64,000 bases of DNA from an uncultured cyanobacterium. GTDB taxonomy: Bacteria > Cyanobacteriota > Cyanobacteriia > Cyanobacteriales > CAWCAG01. The first letter of the stretch is position 1. Every line of letters begins with the position of its first letter. The stretch is from positions 1,184,001 to 1,248,000 of the forward strand of contig CAWDOD010000002.1 of assembly GCA_963803805.1 (NCBI GenBank), read 5' to 3'. Below are positions 10,398-21,149 of the stretch, one piece after another. Position numbers and translations under genes: made by a program. The notes beneath the pieces are model-generated. The model was given only the letters and a program-made list of their open reading frames with translations, made no database searches and was not told where the DNA came from.

Positions 10398-10731
10398 AAT
10401 GAGTTAAGGATAATCTTTCATCGCAAAAACTATTTCTCAATATAAAGGGAATACAGTACTAGTAGTTTAATGACCTCCTAGACCTTTCTAAAGCCAAGTT
10501 TTAGGAACTACAATAGATAAAACTAAGCTTGGTAATATAACGGTATATATGAGCTAGTGTCAACATAATATTTTTTTACGAATTCCCCTGCAAATTATAT
10601 TTATCTAACTCAAGTTGAACATTAAGCGAACGTGATCGCAAACGTAGCTGTCCGACTATAGAAACAATCGAGGGATAATTTATACCAATAGAAATAAAGG
10701 GGTCAACTAGATACTACTAGTCTATTAACTC

Positions 10732-13182
10732 ATGCAAATTTTAACTTCTTCTCCTTCACTACCGACCCTAGAACAAATTATTAATCCCTATCCTTTAGTT
10801 GTGCCAGCTAATGCCCCAGTTAGAGATGTGATGACTTTCTTAATACAGGGACAAAAAGATACTCACGGTGAACTTTGTGCTGTTGTTAAAGAGCAGGAAA
10901 AAATCCTGGGTATATTGACTCAACAAGATGCTATTAAATTAGCATTATTAGGAAAAAGTTTGGGATTTGTAGGTGTTGCAGATGTAGTAGAGAAAAACCC
11001 GATAGTTTTAACTGAAGCTCAATACAATAATGTTTTTCAGGTTTGTGCTTTATTGCGCCAATACCAAACTAATCACTTACCAGTTGAAGACGATCAAGGA
11101 AGCTTAAAAGGAGTAGTAACTTCAGAGTTAATTCTCAATTTTTTGCAAGGAAGTCATATTTGGCAGCAATGTCTTATTAATGAGGTGATGAATATTGAGA
11201 GCTTCAGTATTGCTCCCCAAACTTCATTACTTCAAGCGACTAAATTAATGTCTAAAAACAAGAAGAATTACGTCATTATTTGTCAAGGTATTCAACCTTT
11301 AGGATTACTAACTACCAGAGATATTCTCCAGTATCAACTGAATGACTCTAATTTGGCACAAGTCCAAGCTTCGGCAGTTATTAATACTTCTGTGTTGAAA
11401 GTATTGCCAGAAGATTCTTTAGACTCAGCATGGCCAAAACTACAGCAAAATAATTGGCAACCATTGTTAGTGATCAATAGTCAAGGAGTATTACTCGGAA
11501 CCTTAACTACAGCTAGTTTTTTGCAATGCTTTGAACCAAAGGAAATGTACAAAGATATTGAGCGATTATACCAAGAAAATCAACAGCTTAGAAACGAAAA
11601 AGCCAATCTTTTAAAGTATCAATCTCAAGAAACACAATCAGAGCTACAAGAAGCAAAAGACCAACTCCAAGCAGTTTTGGATGCTATGCCAGGAACTATT
11701 TCTTGGATTGATTCAGATTTACACTATTTAGGAGTTAACAAACAATTATCTAGTCTTTTTGAGAAGCCTACAGAAGCTTTTGTGGGCAAGCAAATTGGCT
11801 CTTTTAAACAAAATGATGAATTTGGCACTCATATGGAATGCTTCTTTTCTAGTTCCGATAAAGAGTCTTCCCTAGAAGTAGAAATGCAAGTTGGTGACTC
11901 GTTTAATAACTATTTAGTTGTTACCCGTAAGTATAACCATGATCGAGCGGCTGTGGCTGTAGGCGTTAATATAACTGACCTCAAGCGCTCAGAAATAGAA
12001 TTACGCCGCCAAAGTCTTAAATCTCGACTATTCGCTGAAATTAGCTTGAAAATTCGCCAATCTTTGCAATTAGAAGAAATCTTACAAACCACTGTTACAG
12101 AAGTACAGCAGATATTTCAAGTAGACAGAGTTTTAATTTATCATTGCTTAGCTTCTGGGCTAGATAAAGTCATTATGGAAGAAGTTTTATTTGGTTGGCC
12201 AAAAACTTTAGGGATGTCTTTTCCCCAAGAAGTTTTTTTTCAAAATCACCAAGATAGTTGGCAGCAAGGACAAGTTTTAGCTATTGCTAATTTAGAAGAA
12301 GAATATAGTCAGACTTCACCATCTTTAGTAGCTTTCTGGCGAACCTGGTTAGTGAAGGCTAAGTTAGTTGTACCTATTTTACAACAAGAGAAACTTTGGG
12401 GTTTAATCATCGTTCATCAATGTTCTAGTTCCAGAAATTGGAGTAGTTTTGAAACAGAATTATTACAACAGCTAGCTGATCAAGTAGGTATTGCCATTTC
12501 TCAAGCTCAACTTTTAAAAGAACAGCAAGAAAGTGAAGCGATGATTCGAGCATCTTTACAGGAAAAAGAAGTTTTATTAAAAGAGATTCACCATAGAGTT
12601 AAGAATAACCTCCAGGTCATTTCTAGCCTTTTTTCTTTACAGTCTTATTACCTGGAAGACTCTAAAACTTTGCGAGTACTTGAAGATAGTCAAAGTAGAG
12701 TCAAAGCCATGGCTTTAATTCATGAAAAAATCTATAATTCTCAAGATTTATCCAAGGTGGATTTTGCTAAATATATCCAAGATTTAGCAAGTTATTTATT
12801 CCATGCCTACGAACCTAACCCGCAGGTAGAGCTAGAAATTGATGTTGAACCTATCTCCCTGAATTTAGATACTGCTACTCCTTGTGGATTGTTGATTAGC
12901 GAAGTTATTTCTAATGCTTTGAAATACGCTTTCCCTAATAAAGAGCCAGGGAAAATATGGATTAAACTTCGTCATTCAAATCAAAAAGAAATGGTCTTAG
13001 AAATAGGAGACAATGGCGTGGGCTTGTCCTCTAACATTAATTTAGATAACTCAGAATCTTTAGGACTTCAGTTAGTTAGAGATTTAGCACAACAGTTAAA
13101 AGGCAAACTAGAAATAAATTGTCATCAAGGAACAAGCTTAAAAATTAGTTTTTCCGAACTACAATACCGGAGACGAATGTAA
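10732..13182 (+). CDS. CBS-PAS-GAF sensor histidine kinase (HisKA_2 type)
   Basis: N-terminal CBS pairs, PAS, CBCR-type GAF (DRVLIY...LVVPIL...LWGLIIVHQC) and EIHHRVKNNLQ H-box. Confidence 0.9.
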   Translation: MQILTSSPSLPTLEQIINPYPLVVPANAPVRDVMTFLIQGQKDTHGELCAVVKEQEKILGILTQQDAIKLALLGKSLGFVGVADVVEKNPIVLTEAQYNNVFQVCALLRQYQTNHLPVEDDQGSLKGVVTSELILNFLQGSHIWQQCLINEVMNIESFSIAPQTSLLQATKLMSKNKKNYVIICQGIQPLGLLTTRDILQYQLNDSNLAQVQASAVINTSVLKVLPEDSLDSAWPKLQQNNWQPLLVINSQGVLLGTLTTASFLQCFEPKEMYKDIERLYQENQQLRNEKANLLKYQSQETQSELQEAKDQLQAVLDAMPGTISWIDSDLHYLGVNKQLSSLFEKPTEAFVGKQIGSFKQNDEFGTHMECFFSSSDKESSLEVEMQVGDSFNNYLVVTRKYNHDRAAVAVGVNITDLKRSEIELRRQSLKSRLFAEISLKIRQSLQLEEILQTTVTEVQQIFQVDRVLIYHCLASGLDKVIMEEVLFGWPKTLGMSFPQEVFFQNHQDSWQQGQVLAIANLEEEYSQTSPSLVAFWRTWLVKAKLVVPILQQEKLWGLIIVHQCSSSRNWSSFETELLQQLADQVGIAISQAQLLKEQQESEAMIRASLQEKEVLLKEIHHRVKNNLQVISSLFSLQSYYLEDSKTLRVLEDSQSRVKAMALIHEKIYNSQDLSKVDFAKYIQDLASYLFHAYEPNPQVELEIDVEPISLNLDTATPCGLLISEVISNALKYAFPNKEPGKIWIKLRHSNQKEMVLEIGDNGVGLSSNINLDNSESLGLQLVRDLAQQLKGKLEINCHQGTSLKISFSELQYRRRM

Positions 13183-13184
13183 CT

Positions 13185-14285
13185 ATGAAACCAACAAAAA
13201 TTCTCATTGTTGAAGATGAGATTATTACCGCTAGGGATATATCTTTGAAATTGCAAAAGCTTGATTATCAAGTAGTTGGTATTGCTGACTCTGGAAATGT
13301 TGCCCTGGAAAAAGTAGCTGAATATGAACCAGATTTAGTGCTGATGGATATAGTTTTGCAGGGAGATATAGATGGTATAGAAGTGGCTCAACAAGTTCGC
13401 CATTCCTTCAATATTCCTGTGATTTATTTGACTGCCTATGTTGATCAAGAAACTTTACAAAGAGCAAAAATAACTGAACCTTTTGGTTATATTCTCAAAC
13501 CTTTTAAAGGGCAAGAACTACGCACCCATATCGAAATTGCTTTATATAAACATAAGTCAGAAATAGAAATTCGTCGTGCTTTAGCTAAGCAAAAAGAATT
13601 AAATGAGCTTAAATCTCGATTCATTACCCTTGCTTCCCATGAATTTCGTACTCCCTTAACAGCAATTCTTGGCTCTACTGAATTGCTAAGACATTATGGA
13701 GAGAGTTTACCTCAAGATAAAAGAAATCATTATCTTGAAAAAATTAAAGCTACTATTAAAGGAATGACAGATACCTTAGATAGTATTTTAACTCTTAGTC
13801 AAGCAGAAGCTGATAAAATCATCTTTAAACCAGTAGCCTTAAATTTAAGCAAAGTTTGTCAAGAGGTGGTTAGAGAATTTCAAGGAGATGAGGAAGAGGA
13901 AAAGAGGATTATTTTTTTTGATGAATGTCAGTTAAATTCTGTTTTAGCAGATAAGAATTTGATTCGCTATATTATTGCTAATTTATTAGTTAATGCAATT
14001 AAATATTCTCCTCAAAATAGCAAAATATCATTTTCCTTAATCTGTCAGGAAGGAGAAGCTATTTTCATTATTAAAGATAGTGGTATTGGTATCCCTTCAG
14101 AAGAATTGGATAAACTATTTGATTCTTTTTACCGGGCTACTAATGTAGGAGATATTCCGGGAACTGGTTTAGGTTTATCTGTGGTTAAGCAATTGGTTAG
14201 TTTGCATGGTGGCAATATAAAAGTAGAAAGTGAGTTGGCAAAAGGGGCAACTTTTACCGTTACTTTACCATTAGGCATTGTTTAA
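13185..14285 (+). CDS. Hybrid receiver-histidine kinase
   Basis: ILIVED...DLVLMD...KPF receiver; SHEFRTPL H-box; DSGIGI and GTGLGL boxes. Confidence 0.92.
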   Translation: MKPTKILIVEDEIITARDISLKLQKLDYQVVGIADSGNVALEKVAEYEPDLVLMDIVLQGDIDGIEVAQQVRHSFNIPVIYLTAYVDQETLQRAKITEPFGYILKPFKGQELRTHIEIALYKHKSEIEIRRALAKQKELNELKSRFITLASHEFRTPLTAILGSTELLRHYGESLPQDKRNHYLEKIKATIKGMTDTLDSILTLSQAEADKIIFKPVALNLSKVCQEVVREFQGDEEEEKRIIFFDECQLNSVLADKNLIRYIIANLLVNAIKYSPQNSKISFSLICQEGEAIFIIKDSGIGIPSEELDKLFDSFYRATNVGDIPGTGLGLSVVKQLVSLHGGNIKVESELAKGATFTVTLPLGIV

Positions 14286-14348
14286 CTTTTCGTTTTAGGA
14301 AAAAGTAACTTAAAATCAAACTATAATAGCTAACTATTCCCTAAGACT

Positions 14349-14987
14349 ATGAGTACTATTTCCCTAAGCCCAAAAACAGAATCACAAAACCCAAACTCAC
14401 CAGAAACACGATACTATTCTCCAGAGGAATATTTAGCTTTAGAGGAAACAGCAGATTACAAAAGCGAATATATTAATGGGGAAATTTTAACTATGGCGGG
14501 GGGATCTATTAATCATAATCGAGTTGCTCTTAATTTAAGTACGGAACTCAACTTTGCCTTCAAAAAGCTAGATTACCAAGTTTTCATGGCTGATGTACGT
14601 CTATGGATACCAGAAAAGAATAGCTATACCTATCCTGATATTATGGTGGTGAAAGGAGAACCAGAATATTATAAAGATCGCAGCGATACTATTACCAATC
14701 CTTTATTGATTGTAGAAGTTTTATCTAAGTCAACTCAAAGTTATGATCGTGATCTTAAATTCCGCGCTTATCGTAGTATACCAACCTTTCAGGAATATTT
14801 ACTCTTTGAGCAAGATGAAATTTATGTAGAACAATATGTCAAAACAGATACTAAGCGTTGGTCATTGCAGGAATATGATCAAGAAGATAAAGCAATATCT
14901 TTTGCTGCTGTGGAAGGTAAAATTATCCTTGCCGATGCTTATAATAAGGTGAAATTTACTCAGCAAACATCTGATACTCAAAAGTAA
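14349..14987 (+). CDS. Uma2 family putative endonuclease
   Basis: YPDIMV, VEVLSKST and Y..IPTFQEY motifs. Confidence 0.88.
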   Translation: MSTISLSPKTESQNPNSPETRYYSPEEYLALEETADYKSEYINGEILTMAGGSINHNRVALNLSTELNFAFKKLDYQVFMADVRLWIPEKNSYTYPDIMVVKGEPEYYKDRSDTITNPLLIVEVLSKSTQSYDRDLKFRAYRSIPTFQEYLLFEQDEIYVEQYVKTDTKRWSLQEYDQEDKAISFAAVEGKIILADAYNKVKFTQQTSDTQK

Positions 14988-15072
14988 ATGTCACCCTTTC
15001 CCCTTCCCCTAAAAAAATAGTCTAATAACTAAATACGCTACATTGAGGAAGTGTGCTTTTTAAAGAGATTAA

Positions 15073-16896
15073 ATGACTATTTCCTCCAAATTACCAGGGA
15101 AGAAAAACCGCGAGAATGATTGGCGGTTATTCCTGAAACTCTTTCCCTACGCCCGTCGTAACAAAACAATCTTCTTTGTCTCCCTAGCTTTATTAATTCC
15201 TTTGTCTTTAGCTGGGGCAATTCAGCCTTTGATTATCGGACAAGCTATATCACTACTAGAAGATGAACCCAGTTGGGCTTTTCTTCAAGGTTTAGGTTTA
15301 GCAGAAGCATTGAATATTCTTATTGGTTTATTGTTAGCAACAATAGTTTTACGGTTATTATTTAGTTCTCTCCAAGGCTACTTAGTACAAAAAGTCGGAC
15401 AAGAAATTACTGCAGGGATTCGTGAGGACTTATTTGCCCACGTTACTTCTTTAGCAATGAACTTCTTTAATAAAACTCCTGTAGGCAGGCTTGTTACTCG
15501 CCTAACTAGTGATGTTGAAGCTTTAGGAGATGTTTTTGCAACTGGGGCAATTGGCATTGTTAGCGACATCGTTAATATTTTAATTATTATTGTCACCATC
15601 TTTTTGTTGCAATGGAAATTAGCTTCCCTGCTTGTCTTGATGTTGTTACCTATGACAGCTTTAATTATTTACTTTCAACATCAATATCGCCAAGCTAATT
15701 ACAAAGTAAGAGAAGAACTTTCTACCCTTAATTCCATGTTGCAAGAAAATGTGACTGGTATTAATATTGTGCAGTTATTTCGCCGGGAAGGTTTCAATGC
15801 TAAGATGTTCCGCCGGGTTAACCTAAATTACCTCAAGCAGGTAGATAAAACTATTTTCCACGACTCAGCTATCTCAGCTTCTTTAGAATGGATTTCTTTA
15901 GTAGCGATCGCCGGGGTATTATTGGTAGGAGGTAGGGCTGTTTTAGGAGATACTCTTACCTTTGGGGTTTTATCGTCCTTTATTCTTTATGCCCAACGCT
16001 TTTTCGATCCTCTTAGGCGATTTGCCGAAAAGTTTACCATGTTGCAAGCTGGTTTCACTGCCATTGAACGTATCAGCGAATTAATGAGTGAACCTGTGGA
16101 AATTAAAGATCCTGAAGGATTACAGCTTAAAAACTTGCAAGTTACCAATTCTCTAAGTAATAGTCAAAGTGGCGAAATTAGATTTGAGAATGTTTGGTTT
16201 GCTTATAAAGATGATGATTACGTCATTAAGAACTTAGATTTTACCATTCATCCAGGGGAAAAGATTGCTTTAGTCGGACCGACAGGGGCAGGAAAAAGTT
16301 CTATCATTCGCCTCCTTTGTCGCCTTTATGAACCCACCAAAGGGCGAATTATTATTGATGGTGTTGATATTCGTGACTTAACCCAGGAAGAATTACGTCG
16401 TCATGTTGGGGTAATACTCCAAGAAAGTTTTCTCTTTGCTGGGGATGTGAAGCGTAATATTACCCTGGGAGAATCTTATAGTTTAGAAGAAGTCAAAGAA
16501 GCTGCTGTAGCTACGAATATTGACGGCTTCATTCAACAATTACCCCAAAGTTACGCCACTCAATTAAGGGAAAGGGGTACTAACTTATCCGGGGGACAAA
16601 AACAACTCCTAGCTTTTGCCCGCGTTGCCATTCGTGATCCTCATATTTTAGTTTTAGATGAAGCCACAGCAAGTTTAGACGTAGGGACAGAAGCTTTAAT
16701 TCAAGAGGCATTAGAAAGTATTTTAGCAGAACGAACAGCTATTATTATTGCTCACCGCCTTTCTACCATTCGCGATGTTGATCGGATTTTTGTACTTAAG
16801 CGAGGGGAATTAATAGAGTCAGGAAGTCATGAGGAGTTGTTGAACCAAGGAGGTATGTATGCAAGTTTATATCGTTTGCAAATGCTTGAGGATTAG
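15073..16896 (+). CDS. ABC exporter, fused permease/ATPase (MsbA/MdlB-like)
   Basis: TM region, Walker A GPTGAGKS, LSGGQ and ILVLDEAT. Confidence 0.93.
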   Translation: MTISSKLPGKKNRENDWRLFLKLFPYARRNKTIFFVSLALLIPLSLAGAIQPLIIGQAISLLEDEPSWAFLQGLGLAEALNILIGLLLATIVLRLLFSSLQGYLVQKVGQEITAGIREDLFAHVTSLAMNFFNKTPVGRLVTRLTSDVEALGDVFATGAIGIVSDIVNILIIIVTIFLLQWKLASLLVLMLLPMTALIIYFQHQYRQANYKVREELSTLNSMLQENVTGINIVQLFRREGFNAKMFRRVNLNYLKQVDKTIFHDSAISASLEWISLVAIAGVLLVGGRAVLGDTLTFGVLSSFILYAQRFFDPLRRFAEKFTMLQAGFTAIERISELMSEPVEIKDPEGLQLKNLQVTNSLSNSQSGEIRFENVWFAYKDDDYVIKNLDFTIHPGEKIALVGPTGAGKSSIIRLLCRLYEPTKGRIIIDGVDIRDLTQEELRRHVGVILQESFLFAGDVKRNITLGESYSLEEVKEAAVATNIDGFIQQLPQSYATQLRERGTNLSGGQKQLLAFARVAIRDPHILVLDEATASLDVGTEALIQEALESILAERTAIIIAHRLSTIRDVDRIFVLKRGELIESGSHEELLNQGGMYASLYRLQMLED

Positions 16897-16959
16897 AGTT
16901 AACCAACAGAAAAAACATTCAAATCTTTCTTTTTCTTAAATTGTAATTGTCTTATAGTT

Positions 16960-17598
16960 ATGTTGATTGACTTACAACAAATTACTATCCCTCCAGGCGA
17001 TCGCCTTCTACTTAATAAAATCACTTGGCCACAGTATGAACAAATATTAGTTGAGTTGGGAGAATATCGCTCCACAAAAGTTGCTTATAGTCAAGGTTTG
17101 CTGGAAATCATGACTCCTCTTTTTAGCCATGAAAACGCCAAAGTCGTCATTGGTGATTTTGTCAAAATTCTCCTTGAAGAATTAAACTTGGATTATGAAC
17201 CAGCAGGTTCTACCACCTTCAAAAATGAGAAGATGCAACAAGGAGTAGAACCCGATGAATCTTTTTACATTACTAATTGTCAAAAGATAAGAGGTAAAGA
17301 AAGAATCGATTTAACCATTGATCCTCCTCCCGACTTAGCTATTGAAATTGACATCACTAACCGTACTAAATTCTCTAACTATCTCCTTCTTGGTGTTCCA
17401 GAATTGTGGCGTTATGACGGTAAGCAATTACAGATTAATGTCTTAGTAGAAAATCAATATGTAGAATCCCCATTAAGTAATACTTTTCCTGACTTTGACC
17501 TTAAGAAAAAAATACCTGAACTACTCCAACAAAGCAAGCAAGTTGGTAGTGCAAAAATAAGGAAAGTTTTTCGGGAATGGCTTAAAAAGGAAGTCTGA
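16960..17598 (+). CDS. Uma2 family putative endonuclease
   Basis: EPDESFY, PPPDLAIEID and LGVPELWRYDG motifs. Confidence 0.88.
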   Translation: MLIDLQQITIPPGDRLLLNKITWPQYEQILVELGEYRSTKVAYSQGLLEIMTPLFSHENAKVVIGDFVKILLEELNLDYEPAGSTTFKNEKMQQGVEPDESFYITNCQKIRGKERIDLTIDPPPDLAIEIDITNRTKFSNYLLLGVPELWRYDGKQLQINVLVENQYVESPLSNTFPDFDLKKKIPELLQQSKQVGSAKIRKVFREWLKKEV

Positions 17599-17738
17599 AT
17601 TTAGAAACAATTAAGATCAGAAGCCCACCCTATACCCCACAGGTTTAGTGCTGGGTAGTTCACTAACTTTATCTTTGAGGAAGTTTGTGTTACTCTTGCC
17701 GTCAGAATAATCCCAAAGTCTAAACTCGAAGGGCATTC

Positions 17739-18821
17739 ATGGGCGAACAAAAAAGAATTGGTATTCTCACTAGCGGCGGTGACTGTGCAGGTTTGAATGC
17801 TGTTATTAGGGCTGTTGTACAATGCGCCGCAGGTAAGTATAACTGGGAAGTATTAGGTATTTGTCGAGCTACCCAAGGGTTAATGAATAATCCACCGCAA
17901 GTACAGCATTTGGATTCCCATCAAGTGGATATGTGGTTAACCAGGGGGGGAACTATGCTAGGAACAACTAATAAGGGTAATCCTTTTGCTTTTCCCCTAA
18001 CTGATGGACAGGTAAAAGACTGCTCAGAAGAGATTATTGCGGGTTATCATCAGCTAGGGCTAGAAGCCTTAATTGGGGTTGGTGGCGATGGCAGTTTAGC
18101 CATCCTACGCCGTCTGGCTCAACAAGGTGGTATTAACCTGGTAGGGATTCCTAAAACCATTGATAACGATGTGGGGGTAACAGAAAGATCCATTGGTTTT
18201 GATACCGCCGTGAATATTGCTACAGAGGCTTTAGATAGACTCCATTTCACCGCAGCTAGCCATAGCCGAGTGATGGTTTTGGAAGTGATGGGAAGGGATG
18301 CTGGACATATCGCCCTCAATGCAGGAATTGCTGGGGGCGCTCATGTTGTTCTAATTCCAGAAATTCCCTATAAAATTGAGAGAGTTTGCCATAAAATTAG
18401 GCAACGCCAAGCTCAAGGACAAAATTTTTCTTTAGTGATTGTTTCTGAAGCTGTTTGTACAGAAGCAGGAGAACAAGTCACCAAAATGGAACAGTTTGGG
18501 GAATGCCGCTTAGGGGGCATAGGACAGTATATCTCTGAACAAGTTGCCCAAGGTACAGGGGCAGAAACGAGAGTAACTGTGTTGGGGCATATTCAACGAG
18601 GTGGCATACCTTCTCCGTTAGATCGGGTTTTGGGTTCAGCTTTTGGGGTGGCAGCAGTAGACTTGATCGCTCAAGAAAAATATGATCGCATGGTTAGCTG
18701 GCAAGATCGTCAAATAGTTAGCGTACCTATTGCTGAAGCGATTAAAGATTATCGAGCAGTAGATCCTCAAGGTACTTTAGCGAATACAGCTAGGGGTTTA
18801 GGTATTTGTTTAGGGGAATAG
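17739..18821 (+). CDS. pfkA: 6-phosphofructokinase (PfkA family)
   Basis: ILTSGGDCAGLN, GGDGS, PKTIDND, EVMGR and LGHIQRGG. Confidence 0.93.
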   Translation: MGEQKRIGILTSGGDCAGLNAVIRAVVQCAAGKYNWEVLGICRATQGLMNNPPQVQHLDSHQVDMWLTRGGTMLGTTNKGNPFAFPLTDGQVKDCSEEIIAGYHQLGLEALIGVGGDGSLAILRRLAQQGGINLVGIPKTIDNDVGVTERSIGFDTAVNIATEALDRLHFTAASHSRVMVLEVMGRDAGHIALNAGIAGGAHVVLIPEIPYKIERVCHKIRQRQAQGQNFSLVIVSEAVCTEAGEQVTKMEQFGECRLGGIGQYISEQVAQGTGAETRVTVLGHIQRGGIPSPLDRVLGSAFGVAAVDLIAQEKYDRMVSWQDRQIVSVPIAEAIKDYRAVDPQGTLANTARGLGICLGE

Positions 18822-18937
18822 CTAATGGCTAGTTGCTAATGGCTAGTTGCTAATGGCTAGTTGCTAATGGCTAATGACTAATTATTCTATCTCCCCATCT
18901 CCCCATCTCCCCATCTCATCTCCCCATCTCCCCATCC
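18821..18937. repeat. STRR tracts: (GCTAATGGCTAGTT)x3+ then (CCCCATCT)n
   Basis: Read directly from the sequence between pfkA and tRNA-Leu. Confidence 0.9.
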
Positions 18938-18972
18938 CTAAATAAAATTTCAACAAGAACAAACTAAAAAAA

Positions 18973-19057
18973 TGGGGGTGGAGAGACTTGAACTCTCACG
19001 ACCTATTACGGTCAACGGATTTTAAGTCCGTAGCGTCTACCATTCCGCCACACCCCC
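18973..19057 (-). tRNA. trnL: tRNA-Leu(UAA), intronless, CCA not encoded
   Basis: GGGGGTG/CACCCCC acceptor stem, ACGGA-CTTAAAA-TCCGT anticodon arm, long variable arm and GTTCAAGT T-loop. Confidence 0.95.
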
Positions 19058-19197
19058 TTGAGGTGGTTAAAGAAATTTAATCAACCGATAAATTTCTCCA
19101 TTTGTATATTCCAACATTATCTGGGTTTCTGTGCAACCTTTTTGAGCAAATAAATTATGATCTTCTTTTAAGATAGAACAAAGATACTATTTTTTCT

Positions 19198-19854
19198 ATG
19201 TGTGGTCGATTTACTCAAACTAGTTCAGCAGATGCTATTGCCACAGCCTTTAACTTAAGTGCTGTCTCTCTTCAACAACCTCAATATAATATTGCTCCCA
19301 CCCAGATGATTCCCACTATTTTATACCCTTCCTCAGAAAGCCAGAAAGAATTTAAGGAGTTACGGTGGGGATTAATTCCTAGTTGGGCAAAAGACCAGAA
19401 AATAGGTAATAAGCTCATTAACGCTAGGGCAGAAACTGTGGCGGAAAAGCCTTCTTTTCGTAGTGCCTTTCGTAAGCGTCGCTGTTTAATTGTTGCTGAT
19501 GGTTTTTATGAATGGCAACGCCAGGAAGAGGGGAAACAGCCTTTTTATATCCGCATGAAGGATGAGCAGGTTTTTGCTTTTGCCGGACTCTGGGAACGCT
19601 GGCAAGCCCCAGAGGGAGAGATAATAGAGTCTTGTACAATTATCACCACTGAAGCTAATGAGATGATGACCCCTATTCATAAGCGAATGCCGGTGATTTT
19701 AAACTCTCAAGATTATCAGCTTTGGTTAGATCCCCAGGTAACGGAAAAAGAAAAACTGCACCCTTTGTTAACGCCCTACAATAGTGAGATGATGAAGGCT
19801 GAGCCTGTGAGTAAAAAAGTTAATAATCCGAGAAATTCTTTTCCTTTCAAATAG
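19198..19854 (+). CDS. SOS response-associated peptidase (SRAP/YedK/HMCES abasic-site protein)
   Basis: MCGRF N-terminus, WGLIP, INARAET, GFYEW and HKRMPVIL. Confidence 0.93.
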   Translation: MCGRFTQTSSADAIATAFNLSAVSLQQPQYNIAPTQMIPTILYPSSESQKEFKELRWGLIPSWAKDQKIGNKLINARAETVAEKPSFRSAFRKRRCLIVADGFYEWQRQEEGKQPFYIRMKDEQVFAFAGLWERWQAPEGEIIESCTIITTEANEMMTPIHKRMPVILNSQDYQLWLDPQVTEKEKLHPLLTPYNSEMMKAEPVSKKVNNPRNSFPFK

Positions 19855-21049
19855 AATTCAACAGCAACAAGTCACCGGAGGAAACACTACCTTCAACATT
19901 ACCAAAAGCTAATAAACCTTTGCGATCGCGATAAGTTACCAGCCCTTGTTTATCAACAACAGTAAACTGCATTCCTCGTTCAACTTTACCAGGATCAATG
20001 CCACCTAACCAAAATTTAGCCTGGTTGTTTTCAACTTTAATTACTGCACCGTGGGCGGCTGATTTGGTGGGAGAATTAAAATAAACTGGTTGTTGTGCAT
20101 AATTTGTATCTACTTCCACCTCTAAAGTAGGAGTTTGTCGGAAATCTTTTCCTTTTAAGTAGTTAGTTAGCCTCTCTACTGTATAAGCAACCGCTTCTTC
20201 TGGGGTAGCATTTTCTTGCCAAAGATATTGAGTCAAGTTATAAGTAAATAGCCCAGCATGGAAGCCATTAAGACGAACATCAGCAGCATATTGGTTAGGA
20301 TTTGTTGAGGCGATTACCACCCCTTTGGCAACTCCTTGACGATAACCAGCAACGAACTCTTCAGAGGAAAGATTTAACTTACTTAACCATTGTTCTTGAT
20401 AAACTTTTTCTTTGGGAGAAACTACTGTTTTTGTCCCCCCTAAACGGGAACGAACCCGGAAATCATTTTTAGTAGCAGCACCAGAAAAACAACTATCTAA
20501 TACCGCAGTAAAGTTTTCTGTGGGTACAGCAGACATAAGAAGATAAAGGGTATGACCCATAATATCTTCAACAATAGTTTCTTCTCGAACATATCCTCTA
20601 GGAGTAGCATCAAAAGGTACAAAAGTACCGTTTAAATTACTTTCTTTCTTATCAGTATCAGTAACAATAGGATCAGGGTCAAAAATCCGGGAACCGTGAC
20701 CAGAATAGTGATAGACTGCCACATCTCCTGGTTTAACTTGATTAATTAAATACTCTTCAAAAGCCCCCAATATTCCCTCACGGTTAGCTTTTTCATCAAG
20801 AAGGATATGAATATCTTGAGGGTTAAAACCAAAGCGGTTAATTAATAACTCTTGTTGCATAAAAACATCATTCACACAACCTTCAAGAGAGCCAGCGTGT
20901 TGATAATCATTAATACCCACTAAAAGAGCAACTTTGCGGGGTGTATTTTGTGCCAAAACCTGACCATAACGCTCCCATTTACTTAAGCCTAAAGTGGCTA
21001 AGGCAGCCCCAGAAAATTGTAAGAAATGACGGCGAGATAGTTTATTCAT
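19847..21049 (-). CDS. Caspase-like (peptidase C14) protease with Tat signal
   Basis: SRRHFLQ twin-arginine motif; ALLVGIN; catalytic SGHG and DSC. Confidence 0.9.
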   Translation of the reverse strand: MNKLSRRHFLQFSGAALATLGLSKWERYGQVLAQNTPRKVALLVGINDYQHAGSLEGCVNDVFMQQELLINRFGFNPQDIHILLDEKANREGILGAFEEYLINQVKPGDVAVYHYSGHGSRIFDPDPIVTDTDKKESNLNGTFVPFDATPRGYVREETIVEDIMGHTLYLLMSAVPTENFTAVLDSCFSGAATKNDFRVRSRLGGTKTVVSPKEKVYQEQWLSKLNLSSEEFVAGYRQGVAKGVVIASTNPNQYAADVRLNGFHAGLFTYNLTQYLWQENATPEEAVAYTVERLTNYLKGKDFRQTPTLEVEVDTNYAQQPVYFNSPTKSAAHGAVIKVENNQAKFWLGGIDPGKVERGMQFTVVDKQGLVTYRDRKGLLAFGNVEGSVSSGDLLLLNSI

Positions 21050-21149
21050 GTTTAGATTATCTCCTTTATTTAATAGGTTAATTATTGTGATACCAGATTG
21101 GTGGCTGAAAGTTTATCAAGATTTAGTGAAGAAATAAATAATTATTCAT

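Noticed and set aside
10398-10731. NtcA box upstream of the amt fusion
   Set aside because: No GTA-N8-TAC found on manual scan.
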